From Dehalococcoidia bacterium (lineage in GTDB: Bacteria > Chloroflexota > Dehalococcoidia > Bin125), in NCBI GenBank assembly GCA_963663235.2, contig CAXXNO010000004.1, positions 320,001 to 384,000 on the forward strand: a stretch of DNA of 64,000 nucleotides, given 5' to 3'. Made by a program: the position numbers and the translations under genes. This document shows positions 21,900-31,375 of this stretch, one piece after another; positions within the stretch are counted from its first letter, which is position 1, and each line of letters opens with the position of its first letter. The notes beneath the pieces are model-generated. The model did no database searches, was not told the DNA's origin, and worked only from the letters and a program-made list of their open reading frames with translations.

Positions 21900-21923
21900 C
21901 CGGCGGCCGCCGGGAGTGGGCGT

Positions 21924-22163
21924 GTGACGGTCCTCCTGTACACGCACGAGCGCTGAAGCGCCTGCCGGGTGGTCAAGGAGTTCCTTGACGAGCGGGCGGT
22001 GGACTACGAACTGCGACGCGTCGCGGTCGATCCGGCGGCGCGCCGAGAGTTCCTGCAGAGCGGCTGGCGGCTGCCGCCGGTGGTGGTCGTGGACGGCGTG
22101 GCGGTGGAGGTGCCGGCCGAGGGGTTCGACATCGAGGCGTTGGAGGCGCTGCTGGGCCTGTAG
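21924..22163 (+). CDS. Glutaredoxin/NrdH-like selenoprotein (UxxC; in-frame TGA at 21954-21956)
   Basis: GGGAG RBS at 21912, GTG start, MTVLLYTHER-U-SA-C-RVVKEFLDERAVDYE...LPPVVVVDG. The TGA sits exactly at the first Cys position of the Grx CxxC motif and is followed by a SECIS-like hairpin. Confidence 0.85.
21959..21998 (+). promoter_or_regulatory. Putative bacterial SECIS element
   Basis: Upper stem GTCAAGG/CCTTGAC (21972-21989) with loop AGTT starting 22 nt after the UGA; lower stem CGCCTGC/GCGGGCG. Confidence 0.75.
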
Positions 22164-22187
22164 GCGGCGTCCGGTGGGTGGGGGGCG

Positions 22188-22727
22188 TTAGTCGGGCAGG
22201 GTCTGGAGCCAGGCGTAGATGTTGGCGACGTCGGCGTCCGGGACCAGATCCGCGGAAAAGGCCGGCATGGCCTCCCCGGGGGTGCGGTACTGCTGGATCT
22301 CCGCGGCCAAGCCGATCTGCGTCTTGGCGATCTTGGGACCGATCCCGCCCTGCCCCGTGTCGCCGTGGCAGACGTTGCAGCCGTTTTCGAAGAAGAGGGC
22401 TTGCCCGCGGCCGGGATCCGCGGCGGCCAGCAGTGCGTCCGGGTCCGCGGGCGGCGCGGCCGGGCCGTCGGAGGGCGGCGGCGGAGGCTTTGGTAGCGGC
22501 GCCGCGTCCTCGCCGAGCAGCGCCAGGGCGGGGTCGCTCTCATCCGGCACAAAGAGCCCGGCTTCAAACAGATCGATGGCGGCCTCGTTGGCGGCGTCGA
22601 TGGCGAAGGCGGGCGTGTCGGTGGTCGCATCGTCGATGGCGAAGCCGATAATCGCGCCGATGCCCGCGATCAGCATCGCGGACAAGACGAGCAACCAGAA
22701 CGAAACGGGAACCCCACGCGATTGCAT
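22188..22727 (-). CDS. Membrane-anchored c-type cytochrome
   Basis: N-terminal TM helix, Pro-rich linker, GQALF..GCNVCHG (CxxCH), GP.I and distal Met in AMPAF. Confidence 0.88.
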   Translation of the reverse strand: MQSRGVPVSFWLLVLSAMLIAGIGAIIGFAIDDATTDTPAFAIDAANEAAIDLFEAGLFVPDESDPALALLGEDAAPLPKPPPPPSDGPAAPPADPDALLAAADPGRGQALFFENGCNVCHGDTGQGGIGPKIAKTQIGLAAEIQQYRTPGEAMPAFSADLVPDADVANIYAWLQTLPD

Positions 22728-22808
22728 GACACCTCAGTCGGCCGCTAGCCGCCGTATGTTAGCGAATGCCGCCGTTAGCCGAAACCGGCGGAGGGACGGG
22801 CCGGGCGA

Positions 22809-23354
22809 TCAGGCGCCGCGCAGGGCGAAGGCGCCCTCCAGGAAGCCGGCGGCGATGATGATGAAGATTGAGGCGATCAGCCCGCCGACCGCCAGCAGGA
22901 CGGACCAGCGCCGCAACGCGCGCGCGCGATCGGAAGCGCGCGCCTCTGAGCGTTCCGCCGCCGCCCGCTGCAAGCGCACCAGGGTGGGGCCGATGAGGAA
23001 GGAGTGCAGCGCCACCATTAGGACGGCGAGCGCCACCAGCGCCATCTTGGCCCCGAAGATGTAGCCCCAGCGGACGTCGTAGATGGTGTCGCCGCCAACG
23101 GCTCGGGCGATGTCGCGGACTTCGTCGATGCGGCCGGCCACCAGGATGCCGCCGGTGATGAGGAGCCCGAGCATGGCCGGCCAGGCGACCAGGTTGAAGC
23201 GGCGGGTGAAGCGGTCGAGCACGTCGATACGGGTGCGGTCGTCGCTGATGCCGTGCAGGGCGGGGATCACAGCGGCCGCCACCAGCACCTGCGGGCCTAC
23301 CCAGATGGTGGCGAAGAGGATGTGGAAGCCGGTGAGGATGGCGTCACCGGTCAT
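22809..23354 (-). CDS. CopD/DUF4149-like membrane protein
   Basis: Four TM segments; FHILFATIWVG, RF...AW, LITG, K.ALV and LH..LIGP pattern. Confidence 0.65.
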   Translation of the reverse strand: MTGDAILTGFHILFATIWVGPQVLVAAAVIPALHGISDDRTRIDVLDRFTRRFNLVAWPAMLGLLITGGILVAGRIDEVRDIARAVGGDTIYDVRWGYIFGAKMALVALAVLMVALHSFLIGPTLVRLQRAAAERSEARASDRARALRRWSVLLAVGGLIASIFIIIAAGFLEGAFALRGA

Positions 23355-23356
23355 GG

Positions 23357-24643
23357 TCAGAGAATCGGGCTGACGATGATCGCCTCGTTGCGCTCGCGGC
23401 CCACGCTCACGATGTCGGCCGGGACGCCGAGCAAGTCCTCGATCCGGCGCACGTAGCTGCGGGCGGCGGCGGGCAGATCCTCGAAGCGCCGGCAGTCGCT
23501 GGTGGGGCACTCCCAGCCCGGCATCTCCTCCAGGACCGGGCGGGCGGCGGCGAGGGCGGCGCGGCTGCTGGGGAAGCGGTCCACGCGTTGCCCCTCAATC
23601 TCATAGGCGACGCAGAGTTTGAGCGTTGCGAACGTGTCGAGCACGTCGACTCGGGTCAGGGCGATGCTGGAGCAGCCGTTGAGGACGATGGTGTAGCGGC
23701 CGGCCACGGCGTCGAACCAACCGCAGCGGCGGGGCCGGCCGGTGGTGGTGCCGTACTCGTGGCCGCACTCACGGAGACGGTCGCCCTCGGCGCCGGTGAG
23801 CTCGCTGGGCATGGGGCCGTTGCCCACCCGGGTCTGATAGGCCTTGTAAATGCCGACGACGCGTTCGACCGCCAGGGGGCTGATGCCCACACCCAGCGCG
23901 GCGCCGGCGGCCATGGAGCTGGGCACGGACGAGGTGACGTAGTCGTAGGTGCCGCTGTCCAGATCGAGGAGGCTGCCTTGGGCGCCCTCCAGCACCAGCC
24001 GTTCGCCCCGGTGGAGGGCGTCCTGGCAGATGGCGCTGGTATCGGCGACGTAAGGCTCCAGCCGGCTCCAAGATTCACGGTAGGAGTTGAAGATGTCGTC
24101 GAAGTCCAGGGGCTCGCGCTCGTAGAGCTTGGTGAAGACGCGGTTCTTGTAGGTCAGGACAAAGCGCAGCCGTTCGGCGAAGCCGTCGGGGTCGGCGAGA
24201 TCGGAGATGCGGAGGCCGAGGCGCGCGACCTTGTCGACGAAAGCGGGGCCCACGCCTTTGCCGGTGGTGCCGACGGCGAGCTTGCCGCGGAGTTTCTCTT
24301 CGGCGGCGTCGGTGATGGGGTGCCAGGGCATGACGAGCTGGGCGCGATCGGAGACGTGCAGCCGCTGGGTGCTCACGCCCCGTTCCTCGAGCGCCGTGAT
24401 CTCGGCGATCAGCTCGGCGGGGTCAACGACCACGCCGTTGCCGATGATGCAGGTCTTCTCCGAGAAGATGCCGGCGGGCACGAGGTGCAGGGCGAACTCG
24501 CCCAGCTCATTCACGACCGTATGGCCGGCGTTGTGACCGGCCGAGTAGCGCGCCACGATGTGCGCCTTGCGCGCCACCAGGTCGACGATGCGGCCTTTTC
24601 CTTCGTCGCCCCACTGGCCGCCGATGACCACGACCGCCGGCAT
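23357..24643 (-). CDS. purA: Adenylosuccinate synthetase
   Basis: GGQWGDEGKG, GHNAGHT, EGAQG, TRVGNGP, EYGTTTGRPRRCGWFD. Confidence 0.97.
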   Translation of the reverse strand: MPAVVVIGGQWGDEGKGRIVDLVARKAHIVARYSAGHNAGHTVVNELGEFALHLVPAGIFSEKTCIIGNGVVVDPAELIAEITALEERGVSTQRLHVSDRAQLVMPWHPITDAAEEKLRGKLAVGTTGKGVGPAFVDKVARLGLRISDLADPDGFAERLRFVLTYKNRVFTKLYEREPLDFDDIFNSYRESWSRLEPYVADTSAICQDALHRGERLVLEGAQGSLLDLDSGTYDYVTSSVPSSMAAGAALGVGISPLAVERVVGIYKAYQTRVGNGPMPSELTGAEGDRLRECGHEYGTTTGRPRRCGWFDAVAGRYTIVLNGCSSIALTRVDVLDTFATLKLCVAYEIEGQRVDRFPSSRAALAAARPVLEEMPGWECPTSDCRRFEDLPAAARSYVRRIEDLLGVPADIVSVGRERNEAIIVSPIL

Positions 24644-24784
24644 GCGTAGCGCTGCTTTCCTGATGCGCGATTGGCCCCGCCCCGCGCGAAACCCGAGGAA
24701 TCGTAGCATGCCGATCGCCGCGACAGCGCCGCGCGATAGACTGTGGCGAACTCACGCAGCGGTCGATGGGGGCGAGAGACGCGC

Positions 24785-26800
24785 GTGGAATCCGAGATCG
24801 ATTTCGCGCCGCTGTTGCTGGTTTTTGGGGCTGGCGTTCTTCATTCCGCTGCTGACGCACCGGCTGAGCGGCGGCGCGATCCCGTCGGTGGTGGGTGAGC
24901 TCGCCGCCGGCATCATTTTCGGCCGCACGCTGCTGGGCGTGATCGAGGCGAACGTCTGGCTCGAGTTCCTGTCGCTGTTCGGGTTCGCTTACCTGATGTT
25001 CCTGGCCGGGCTGGAAGTGGACGTGAGGCTGCTCGTCCGCCCGCTCGGCCGTCGGCGGCGCCACCCGCGGGCGGCGCTGCGCCATCCGTTGGTGGCGGGC
25101 GCTGGGCTGCTGGCGCTGATCCTGGTCGCGACCGCGCTGACGCTCTGGGGGCTGAACCGCTGGGGCCAGGTCAGCGACTTTGAGTTGCTGCTCTTTGTGC
25201 TCAGCGCCAGCGCGGTGGGGGTGATGGCGCCGGTGCTGAAGCACCGGCAGGAATCGGGCGCGTACGCGCAGGTGCTGCTGGTGACCGGGTTCCTGCTGGA
25301 GTTCGTGGCCATCGTGGCGATCGGGATCATCGCGGCGATCGACCGCGAAGGCCTGGGCGTCGAGGCGGCGCTGATCCTGGCGCTGCCGGCGATGTTCGTC
25401 GCGCTGCTCTGGCTGGCGACGCAAGGCCGCCGGCGCTTTCCGGAGATCCGCGCGCTGTTCGAGGAGCTGGCGCACGCATCCTCCCAGATCCAGATCCGGG
25501 GAGCGCTGGCGCTGATGGTGGTCTTTGTGGTGTTGTCGCAGGTGGTGGGCACCGAGCTGGTGCTGGGCGCCTTTTTCGCCGGGCTGGCGCTGGCGATCCT
25601 GACGCCGCGGCAGGGCTCGTCGATGCGCGTGAAGCTGGACGCCCTCGGGTACGGGTTCTTCATTCCCATTTTCTTCATCACCGCCGGCGCCGAGATGGAC
25701 CTGGAGGCGCTTGGGGCCGGCGGCTCCGGCATCGTGCTGATTCCGGCGTTGATCGCGGCTGGACTGGTGGTGAAGCTCCTGCCCGCGATCGTCATGCTGT
25801 GGGGTGGGTTCGGCCTGCGGCGCGCCGTGGCGGGCGGGCTGTTGCTGAGCGCAAACCTCAGCATCGTCCTGGCGGCGACGACCATCGCCGTCGATTCCGG
25901 ACGCCTCGGCGAGGCGGAGACCGCGGCGCTGCTGGTGCTGGCGCTGGTCAGCACGGCCGCGGCGCCACTGGCGTTCAACGCCGTGCTGCCGGTGCGGAAA
26001 GCGGAAAAGGTGAGCCGCGCGATCGTCGTGGGGGCGGGGCGCACGGGCCGGGAGCTGGCGCCGCGCCTGTACCGGGCGGGGCTGGCCGTGACGGTGATCG
26101 ACGTCGACGAGGAGGCGCTGAAGCCGCTGGCGCAGGTGGGCTGCGAGACGCTCGTCGGCGACGCCCGGGATCCCGACGTCATCGCCGCCGCGCGGCCCGA
26201 GCTCGCGCAGGTGGCGGTGGTCTCCACCGAGGACGCGACGCTGACCTACGAGGCGGCGGCCCGGTTGCGGGAACAGAGTACAGACCTGCGCATCGTGACC
26301 TGGGTCGGCAAGACCGATCCGCGGCTGGAGGCGCTGGGGGTCGAGGCCTACGGGCTGGGCGCGGCGACGGCCATGGCGCTGGAGGGGGCCGTCCTCCGCC
26401 CTGGGCTCTACCAGGCGCTGGGCACCGGCCTTTACGGCGGACTGGAGGAGGTGGTCCTCCGCAACACGACGCTGGCCGAGCGGCCGCTCAGCGCGCTGCA
26501 TCTGCCCGGCACAACGTGCGCGTCATCCTGATCATGCGCGACGGGAACCTGATCATCCCGGAGGGTGAGAGCGAGTTGCAGCTCCACGACTACGTCACGC
26601 TGGGCGGCGAGCCGAGCGCCGTGCGCGAGGCGTTCCGGCTGTTCAGCGGCCGGGCTCTGCTGCCCGAGCACGCGGCGCCCCGGGCTGCGCCGCCGCGGGG
26701 GCCGGCACCTATCGACCGCGAGCTCCCGGGGGCGACGCAGGCCACGGCGGCGGAGCGGCTGGAGCGAGAGGCCGGGGCCGGGGACGCCGACGAAGGCTAG
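24785..26800 (+). CDS. Monovalent cation:proton antiporter-2 (CPA2) with TrkA-N and TrkA-C domains; two apparent frameshifts
   Basis: PSVVGELAAGIIFG, LMFLAGLEVD, LGAFFAG, GFFIPIFFITAG, then VVGAGRTG (RCK-N). The N-terminus (VESEIDFAPLLLV) joins across a T5 run at 24822-24826; RCK-C (NVRVILIMRDGNLIIPEGESEL) continues in another frame after ~26511. Confidence 0.85.
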
Positions 26801-27582
26801 AGGCCCTGAAAGCGCGGCTCGCGCTTCTCCGCAAAGGCGTTCAGTCCCTCCTGGAAATCCGCGCTGGCCAGGAGCATGTCTTCCAGGTGGTCCTCCAGGG
26901 CCAGGGCGTGGATGAGGGGCATCTCCAGGCCGCGCAGGAGCGCCTCCTTGCTTGCGCGCACGGCCAGCGGGGCGCGCTTGGCGATGGTCGTGGCGATGGC
27001 CGTGGCGGTGGATAGCAGGTCTTCCGGCGGCACGATGCGGCTGATCAGGCCGATGCGCAGCGCCGTCTCGGCGTCGATGGGGTCGCCGGTGAGGAGCATC
27101 TCGGCGGCGACGGCCAGGGGGATGGCACGGGGCAGGCGCTGCGTCCCGCCGCCGCCGGGGATGGCGCCCACCGACACCTCCGGCACGCCGAAGCGGGCGT
27201 GGGGCACGGCGATGCGGATGTCACAGCAGAGCACGATCTCCAGCCCGCCGCCGAGGGCCAGCCCGTTGACGGCGGCGATGGTCGGCTTGTCGATGGGCGG
27301 CTCTTTCGTCATGCCGCCGAAGGATATTCCATCGTGGTGCGGGCCCTCGCCGGTGGCCCGCTGGGCTTTGAGGTCGGCGCCGGCGCAGAAGGCGCGGTCG
27401 CCCGCGCCGGTCAGGATGGCGACGTGCAGGCTGTCGTCGTCACGGAAGTCCTGCCAGGCCTGGTACAGCTCGCGCGACGTGTGATTGGCGATGGCGTTGA
27501 GGCGCTCCGGCCGGTCGAGGGTGATGCGGGCGATGGGGCCATCGCGTTCGTAGCGGATGTGGTCGAAGGCGAAGTCAGCCAT
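26797..27582 (-). CDS. Enoyl-CoA hydratase/isomerase (crotonase) family
   Basis: AFCAGADLK, KPTIAAVNGLALGGGLE, PEVSVG, GGGTQRLPR; both catalytic Glu present. Confidence 0.93.
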   Translation of the reverse strand: MADFAFDHIRYERDGPIARITLDRPERLNAIANHTSRELYQAWQDFRDDDSLHVAILTGAGDRAFCAGADLKAQRATGEGPHHDGISFGGMTKEPPIDKPTIAAVNGLALGGGLEIVLCCDIRIAVPHARFGVPEVSVGAIPGGGGTQRLPRAIPLAVAAEMLLTGDPIDAETALRIGLISRIVPPEDLLSTATAIATTIAKRAPLAVRASKEALLRGLEMPLIHALALEDHLEDMLLASADFQEGLNAFAEKREPRFQGL

Positions 27583-27626
27583 GGCGCGGCTCCGATCGGG
27601 ATCGCGCGGAGGTTAGCATGGCGGCG

Positions 27627-28142
27627 ATGAGCGCGCCGTTGCCGCCGCCGCCGGCCGAGCGGATCCGCGAGGTGAAGGAGCGGCTAGACGGTTCCACCAT
27701 GAACTTTTCGCTGGAGCGGTGGCTGGTGCGCGAAGGGTTGGTGGTGGGGCGTTGGGTGGCGGAGGACGATCGCTACGCGCCCGTGGGGACGGTCTCTTGG
27801 GGGGTGTGGTGGCGCGGGCGGCCGTACGGGGCGTACCGCATCCACCGGCCGGACGGGTCGCTGCGGGGCTACCGCGTCGATGTGATCGAGGACGTGCGGA
27901 TCGCGCCGGAGGAGGTGCGGTACCGGGACCTGATCCTGGACGCGTGGCTCTCGCCGTCGGGCGAGGCGCGGTTCGAGGATGAGGAGGAGGTGGAGGCGGC
28001 GATCGCGAGCGGAGTTTTTGACGCCCGGCGGGCCCGCCGGGTGCGGAGGGCGCGGGCGGTGATGGAGCGGGGCGGGGCACGGGTGGTGGCGCGCATCGAC
28101 GCGGCGATCGCGGAGGCGGTGGAGGCGGTGCGGGCGGGCTAG
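27627..28142 (+). CDS. DUF402-domain protein
   Basis: WWRGRPY, GSLRGYRVDV, RDLILDAWLSPSGEARFEDEEE pattern of DUF402; start 27618 or leaderless ATG 27627. Confidence 0.7.
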   Translation: MSAPLPPPPAERIREVKERLDGSTMNFSLERWLVREGLVVGRWVAEDDRYAPVGTVSWGVWWRGRPYGAYRIHRPDGSLRGYRVDVIEDVRIAPEEVRYRDLILDAWLSPSGEARFEDEEEVEAAIASGVFDARRARRVRRARAVMERGGARVVARIDAAIAEAVEAVRAG

Positions 28143-28331
28143 CCGGGTTGGGGAGGGAACGCCATAGGCGTATTATAGCACGCGAAGTGCGTAACTCCAG
28201 ATAAGCACGTGGCAGATCGCGGCCCGTTGAGCCGTCATCGATGTCCGGGCGGACGGGATCCGGACGGGGAGGGGCGGAGGGCGGCGGGGTCTGGCCTAGA
28301 GGCGGTCAGGCGACGGACAGGGGCCGGTGGG

Positions 28332-28643
28332 CTAGGCGTACTTCTTCACGGCGGCCTCGATCGTCGGCACGATTTTCTCCATCTCGGCGGGGATGAAGGC
28401 GGGGGTGCTTTCGAACTCGGCGTTGAAGGCGAGGAACCAGGGCTCCGCGATGCGGGGCAGGTGGGTGGCGTCCGGAATGTCGATCACGAATACAGACGGC
28501 CGCTTGCCGTTCTCGGCGAGGAAGTAGGCGACCTCCGGCTTCAGGCCCTCGAGGATGGCCTGGAGGGTGGCGCCGACCGTGCCGGCCTTGTCGGCGGCGT
28601 TGAAGACCTCGGTGTCCATGTGGGCATTGCAGAGCACGCGCAT
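28332..28643 (-). CDS. Conserved hypothetical protein (DUF3303/GYD-like)
   Basis: LKPEVAYF...GKR...LPRIAEPWFLAFNAE pattern of a widespread ~100-aa family; strong GC3 bias. Confidence 0.7.
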   Translation of the reverse strand: MRVLCNAHMDTEVFNAADKAGTVGATLQAILEGLKPEVAYFLAENGKRPSVFVIDIPDATHLPRIAEPWFLAFNAEFESTPAFIPAEMEKIVPTIEAAVKKYA

Positions 28644-28721
28644 GGGGGGCACGTCCTTTCCTGAGGGGTCTGCGTGCGGCTTGAGCCGGCGGTCAGTCTA
28701 GCCCATGCATGGGGCCGGGCG

Positions 28722-29189
28722 TCAGTCCCGGGGCCGCTTGGGGATCATGGCCTGGCGAGTGAACTCCAGGACGGTGTCGCCGTGCTGGTTGATGCCGCGG
28801 GTCTTGACGGTGACGATGCCGCGGTCCGGCTGGGATTTGGACTCGCGCACGCCCAGCACCTCGGTGACGGCGTAGAGCGTGTCGCCGTGGAAGACGGGCT
28901 TGGTGTGCACCATGTCAGTGGTGGTGAGGTTGGCGATGGCCTTGCCGCTCACCACGGGCACGGTCATGCCGATCGCGAGGCTGAAGACGAACGGCCCGGG
29001 CACCACCCGCTGGCCGAACTGGGTCTCGGCCGCGTACTTGGCGTCGGAGTGGAGGGGGTGGTGGTTCATGGTGAGCATGCAGAAGAGGACGTCGTCCGCT
29101 TCGGTGATGGTGTGGCCGGGCCAGTGCTCGATCACCTCGCCGACGGTGAACTCTTCCAGGTAGCGCCCGAACTGCTCTTTGGTGGGCAT
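28722..29189 (-). CDS. MaoC-family (hot-dog) dehydratase
   Basis: FGRYLEEFTVG, TITEADD..F...TMNHHPLHSD, AIANL, PVFHGDTLYA. Confidence 0.9.
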   Translation of the reverse strand: MPTKEQFGRYLEEFTVGEVIEHWPGHTITEADDVLFCMLTMNHHPLHSDAKYAAETQFGQRVVPGPFVFSLAIGMTVPVVSGKAIANLTTTDMVHTKPVFHGDTLYAVTEVLGVRESKSQPDRGIVTVKTRGINQHGDTVLEFTRQAMIPKRPRD

Positions 29190-29209
29190 GCGACCTCTCC
29201 GCGGCGCGG

Positions 29210-30397
29210 CTACTCGACCGCGTACAACTCCAGGAGGCGGCGGGCGATGACGAGTCGCTGGATCTCGTTGGTGCCCTCGCCGATCATCATCAGCGGGACG
29301 TCGCGGTAGTAGCGCTCCACGCTCAGCTCCGTGGTGTAGGCGATGCCGCCGTGGATGCGCATGGCCTCCATGGCGCACTCCGCGGCGATCTCCGAAGCGA
29401 AGAGCTTGGCCATGCCGGCCTCGAGGTCGACGCGCTCGCCGCGGTCCTTCTTGCGCGCCGCCTCTTGAGTGAGGAGCCGGGCGGCGCGGATCTTGGTCGC
29501 CATGTCGGCGAGCTTGAGCTGGATCACCTGGTGCTGGGCGATGGGCTTGCCCATGGTCTGGCGCTGCTGGGCGTAGACGATGGAGGCGTCGAAGGCGGCT
29601 TGGGCCACGCCCACCGCGCGCGCGGCGACGTTGATGCGCCCGACCTCCAGCCCCGCGATCAGTTGCTTGAAACCGTGGCCTTCCTCGCCGCCCAAGAGGT
29701 TGGCGGCGGGCACGCGGGCGTCCTCGTAGAAGAGCTCGCCGGTCTGCGGGCCCTTGTAGCCCAGCTTGTCCAGCATGCGGCCCACGGTGAAGCCGGGTGT
29801 GCCCCGCTCCACGATGAAGGCGCTGATGCCGCGGTGGCGGGGCTGCGCGTTGGGGTCCGTCTTGGCCAACGTCAGGTAGACACCGGCGCGGTCAGCGTTG
29901 GTGACGAAGAGCTTGTTGCCGTTGAGGAGGTAGTCGTCGCCGTCGCGCTTGGCGGTGGAGCGGATGGCCTGGACGTCGGAGCCGGCGTTGGGCTCGGTGA
30001 CGCAGAAGGAGGCTTGGGTCTCGCCGCTGACGATGCCGCGCAGGAAGCGGTCCTTCTGGTCCTGGGTGCCGAAGTTCTGAATGGCCCAGCCATCGATCAC
30101 GTTGGTGTTGATCATGCCGGCCAGGCCCATCCAGCCGCGGGCGATCTCCTCGATGACCGCGGCGTAGGTCTCGAAGGAGAGGCCGAGGCCGCCGTACTCC
30201 GCAGGGAAGGTGATGGAGAAGATCCCCATCTCCAGCATGTCCTTGTGCAGCTCGGTGGGAAACTTGTTGGCGTGCTCGAATTCGTCGGCGACGGGGATGA
30301 CTTTGTCGTCCACCCAACGCCGGACGTTGCGCACGATGTCGATGCCGACCTCGCCGTCGCCGGCGCGGATTTCGCGGACGTCTGTGATAGCGCTCAT
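29210..30397 (-). CDS. Acyl-CoA dehydrogenase
   Basis: FPAEYGGLG, TEPNAGSD, NGNKLFVTN, GRINVAA, GMAKLFASE, IGEGTNEIQR. Confidence 0.95.
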   Translation of the reverse strand: MSAITDVREIRAGDGEVGIDIVRNVRRWVDDKVIPVADEFEHANKFPTELHKDMLEMGIFSITFPAEYGGLGLSFETYAAVIEEIARGWMGLAGMINTNVIDGWAIQNFGTQDQKDRFLRGIVSGETQASFCVTEPNAGSDVQAIRSTAKRDGDDYLLNGNKLFVTNADRAGVYLTLAKTDPNAQPRHRGISAFIVERGTPGFTVGRMLDKLGYKGPQTGELFYEDARVPAANLLGGEEGHGFKQLIAGLEVGRINVAARAVGVAQAAFDASIVYAQQRQTMGKPIAQHQVIQLKLADMATKIRAARLLTQEAARKKDRGERVDLEAGMAKLFASEIAAECAMEAMRIHGGIAYTTELSVERYYRDVPLMMIGEGTNEIQRLVIARRLLELYAVE

Positions 30398-31290
30398 AGC
30401 CGTAGCGCAGCCTCCTGTTCCTCCACTTGGCGCTGCCAGTCCAGCAGCTCATAGGCGCGGATGACGATGGGCCGGTCGATCATCGCACCGTCCAGCGCTA
30501 TCGCCCCCAGCCCTTGCCGTTCGCCTTCCTCGTAGGCCTCCACCACGCGCCGCGCCCAGCCCACATCCTCGGCGTTGGGGGCGAACACCCGGTTGGCGAT
30601 CTCAACCTGCGACGGGTGGATGCAGAACTTCCCTCGGTAGCCCAGGCCGCGCGCGTGGGTGACCTCCTTGTGGAAGTGCTCCGAGTCGCGGAAATCGGAC
30701 TCGGGCGCGTCGATGGGCACCAGCCCGGCCGCGCGCGCGGCGATGGCGACGTTGGCGCGGGGGTACTCCAGTTCCGTGCCCTCGCGGGTGCGGTGCACGC
30801 CGAGGCTGGTGACAAAGTCCTCGCCGCCCAAGGCCGCGCCGATGAGCCGCGGCGAGGCGGTGCAGATCTCGTGGGAGCGGGCGAGCCCTTCGGTGTTCTC
30901 GATCCAGGGGATGAGGGTGACGTGGCCCGGCTCCATGTCCCGCGTCTTCTCCAGAAAGGTGAGGTAGTGGTCGATCTGGTGGATGTCCGCGGCGCTATCG
31001 ACCTTGGGGATGTTGACGCCGTGCAGCCAGGGGCCGACGACGGCGTCGAGGTCGAGCTCGGCGAGGCCCGTGTCGAGGCCGTTGATGCGGACGTAGAGCA
31101 GCCGTCCCTTGGCGGGGAAGTCGCGGATGGCTTTGGCGACCATCTCGCGCGCCGCGGCCTTCTCCGGCTCGGCGACGGAATCTTCCAGGTCGAAGCAGAT
31201 GACGTCGGCAGGGATCTCCTTGGCGCGCTCCAAGAAGCGCTCACGGATGCCCGGGACGGACATCATGCTGCGGAGAATGCGCGCGGCCAC
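30394..31290 (-). CDS. CitE-like acyl-CoA lyase (HpcH/HpaI aldolase/citrate lyase family)
   Basis: RSMMSVPG, FDLEDSV, YVRIN, PKV, WIEN..GL, GGEDF, GYRGKFCIHPSQV, DGAMIDRP; GTG start with GAGGAG RBS. Confidence 0.92.
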   Translation of the reverse strand: MAARILRSMMSVPGIRERFLERAKEIPADVICFDLEDSVAEPEKAAAREMVAKAIRDFPAKGRLLYVRINGLDTGLAELDLDAVVGPWLHGVNIPKVDSAADIHQIDHYLTFLEKTRDMEPGHVTLIPWIENTEGLARSHEICTASPRLIGAALGGEDFVTSLGVHRTREGTELEYPRANVAIAARAAGLVPIDAPESDFRDSEHFHKEVTHARGLGYRGKFCIHPSQVEIANRVFAPNAEDVGWARRVVEAYEEGERQGLGAIALDGAMIDRPIVIRAYELLDWQRQVEEQEAALRL

Positions 31291-31375
31291 GGATCGCCCT
31301 CCTCGAATGGAGCAGGCATGGAGCAGGCGCAGGATACCGTGCCCGTCGCGGGCTGCAAACAGGACGCGGCGGCCG

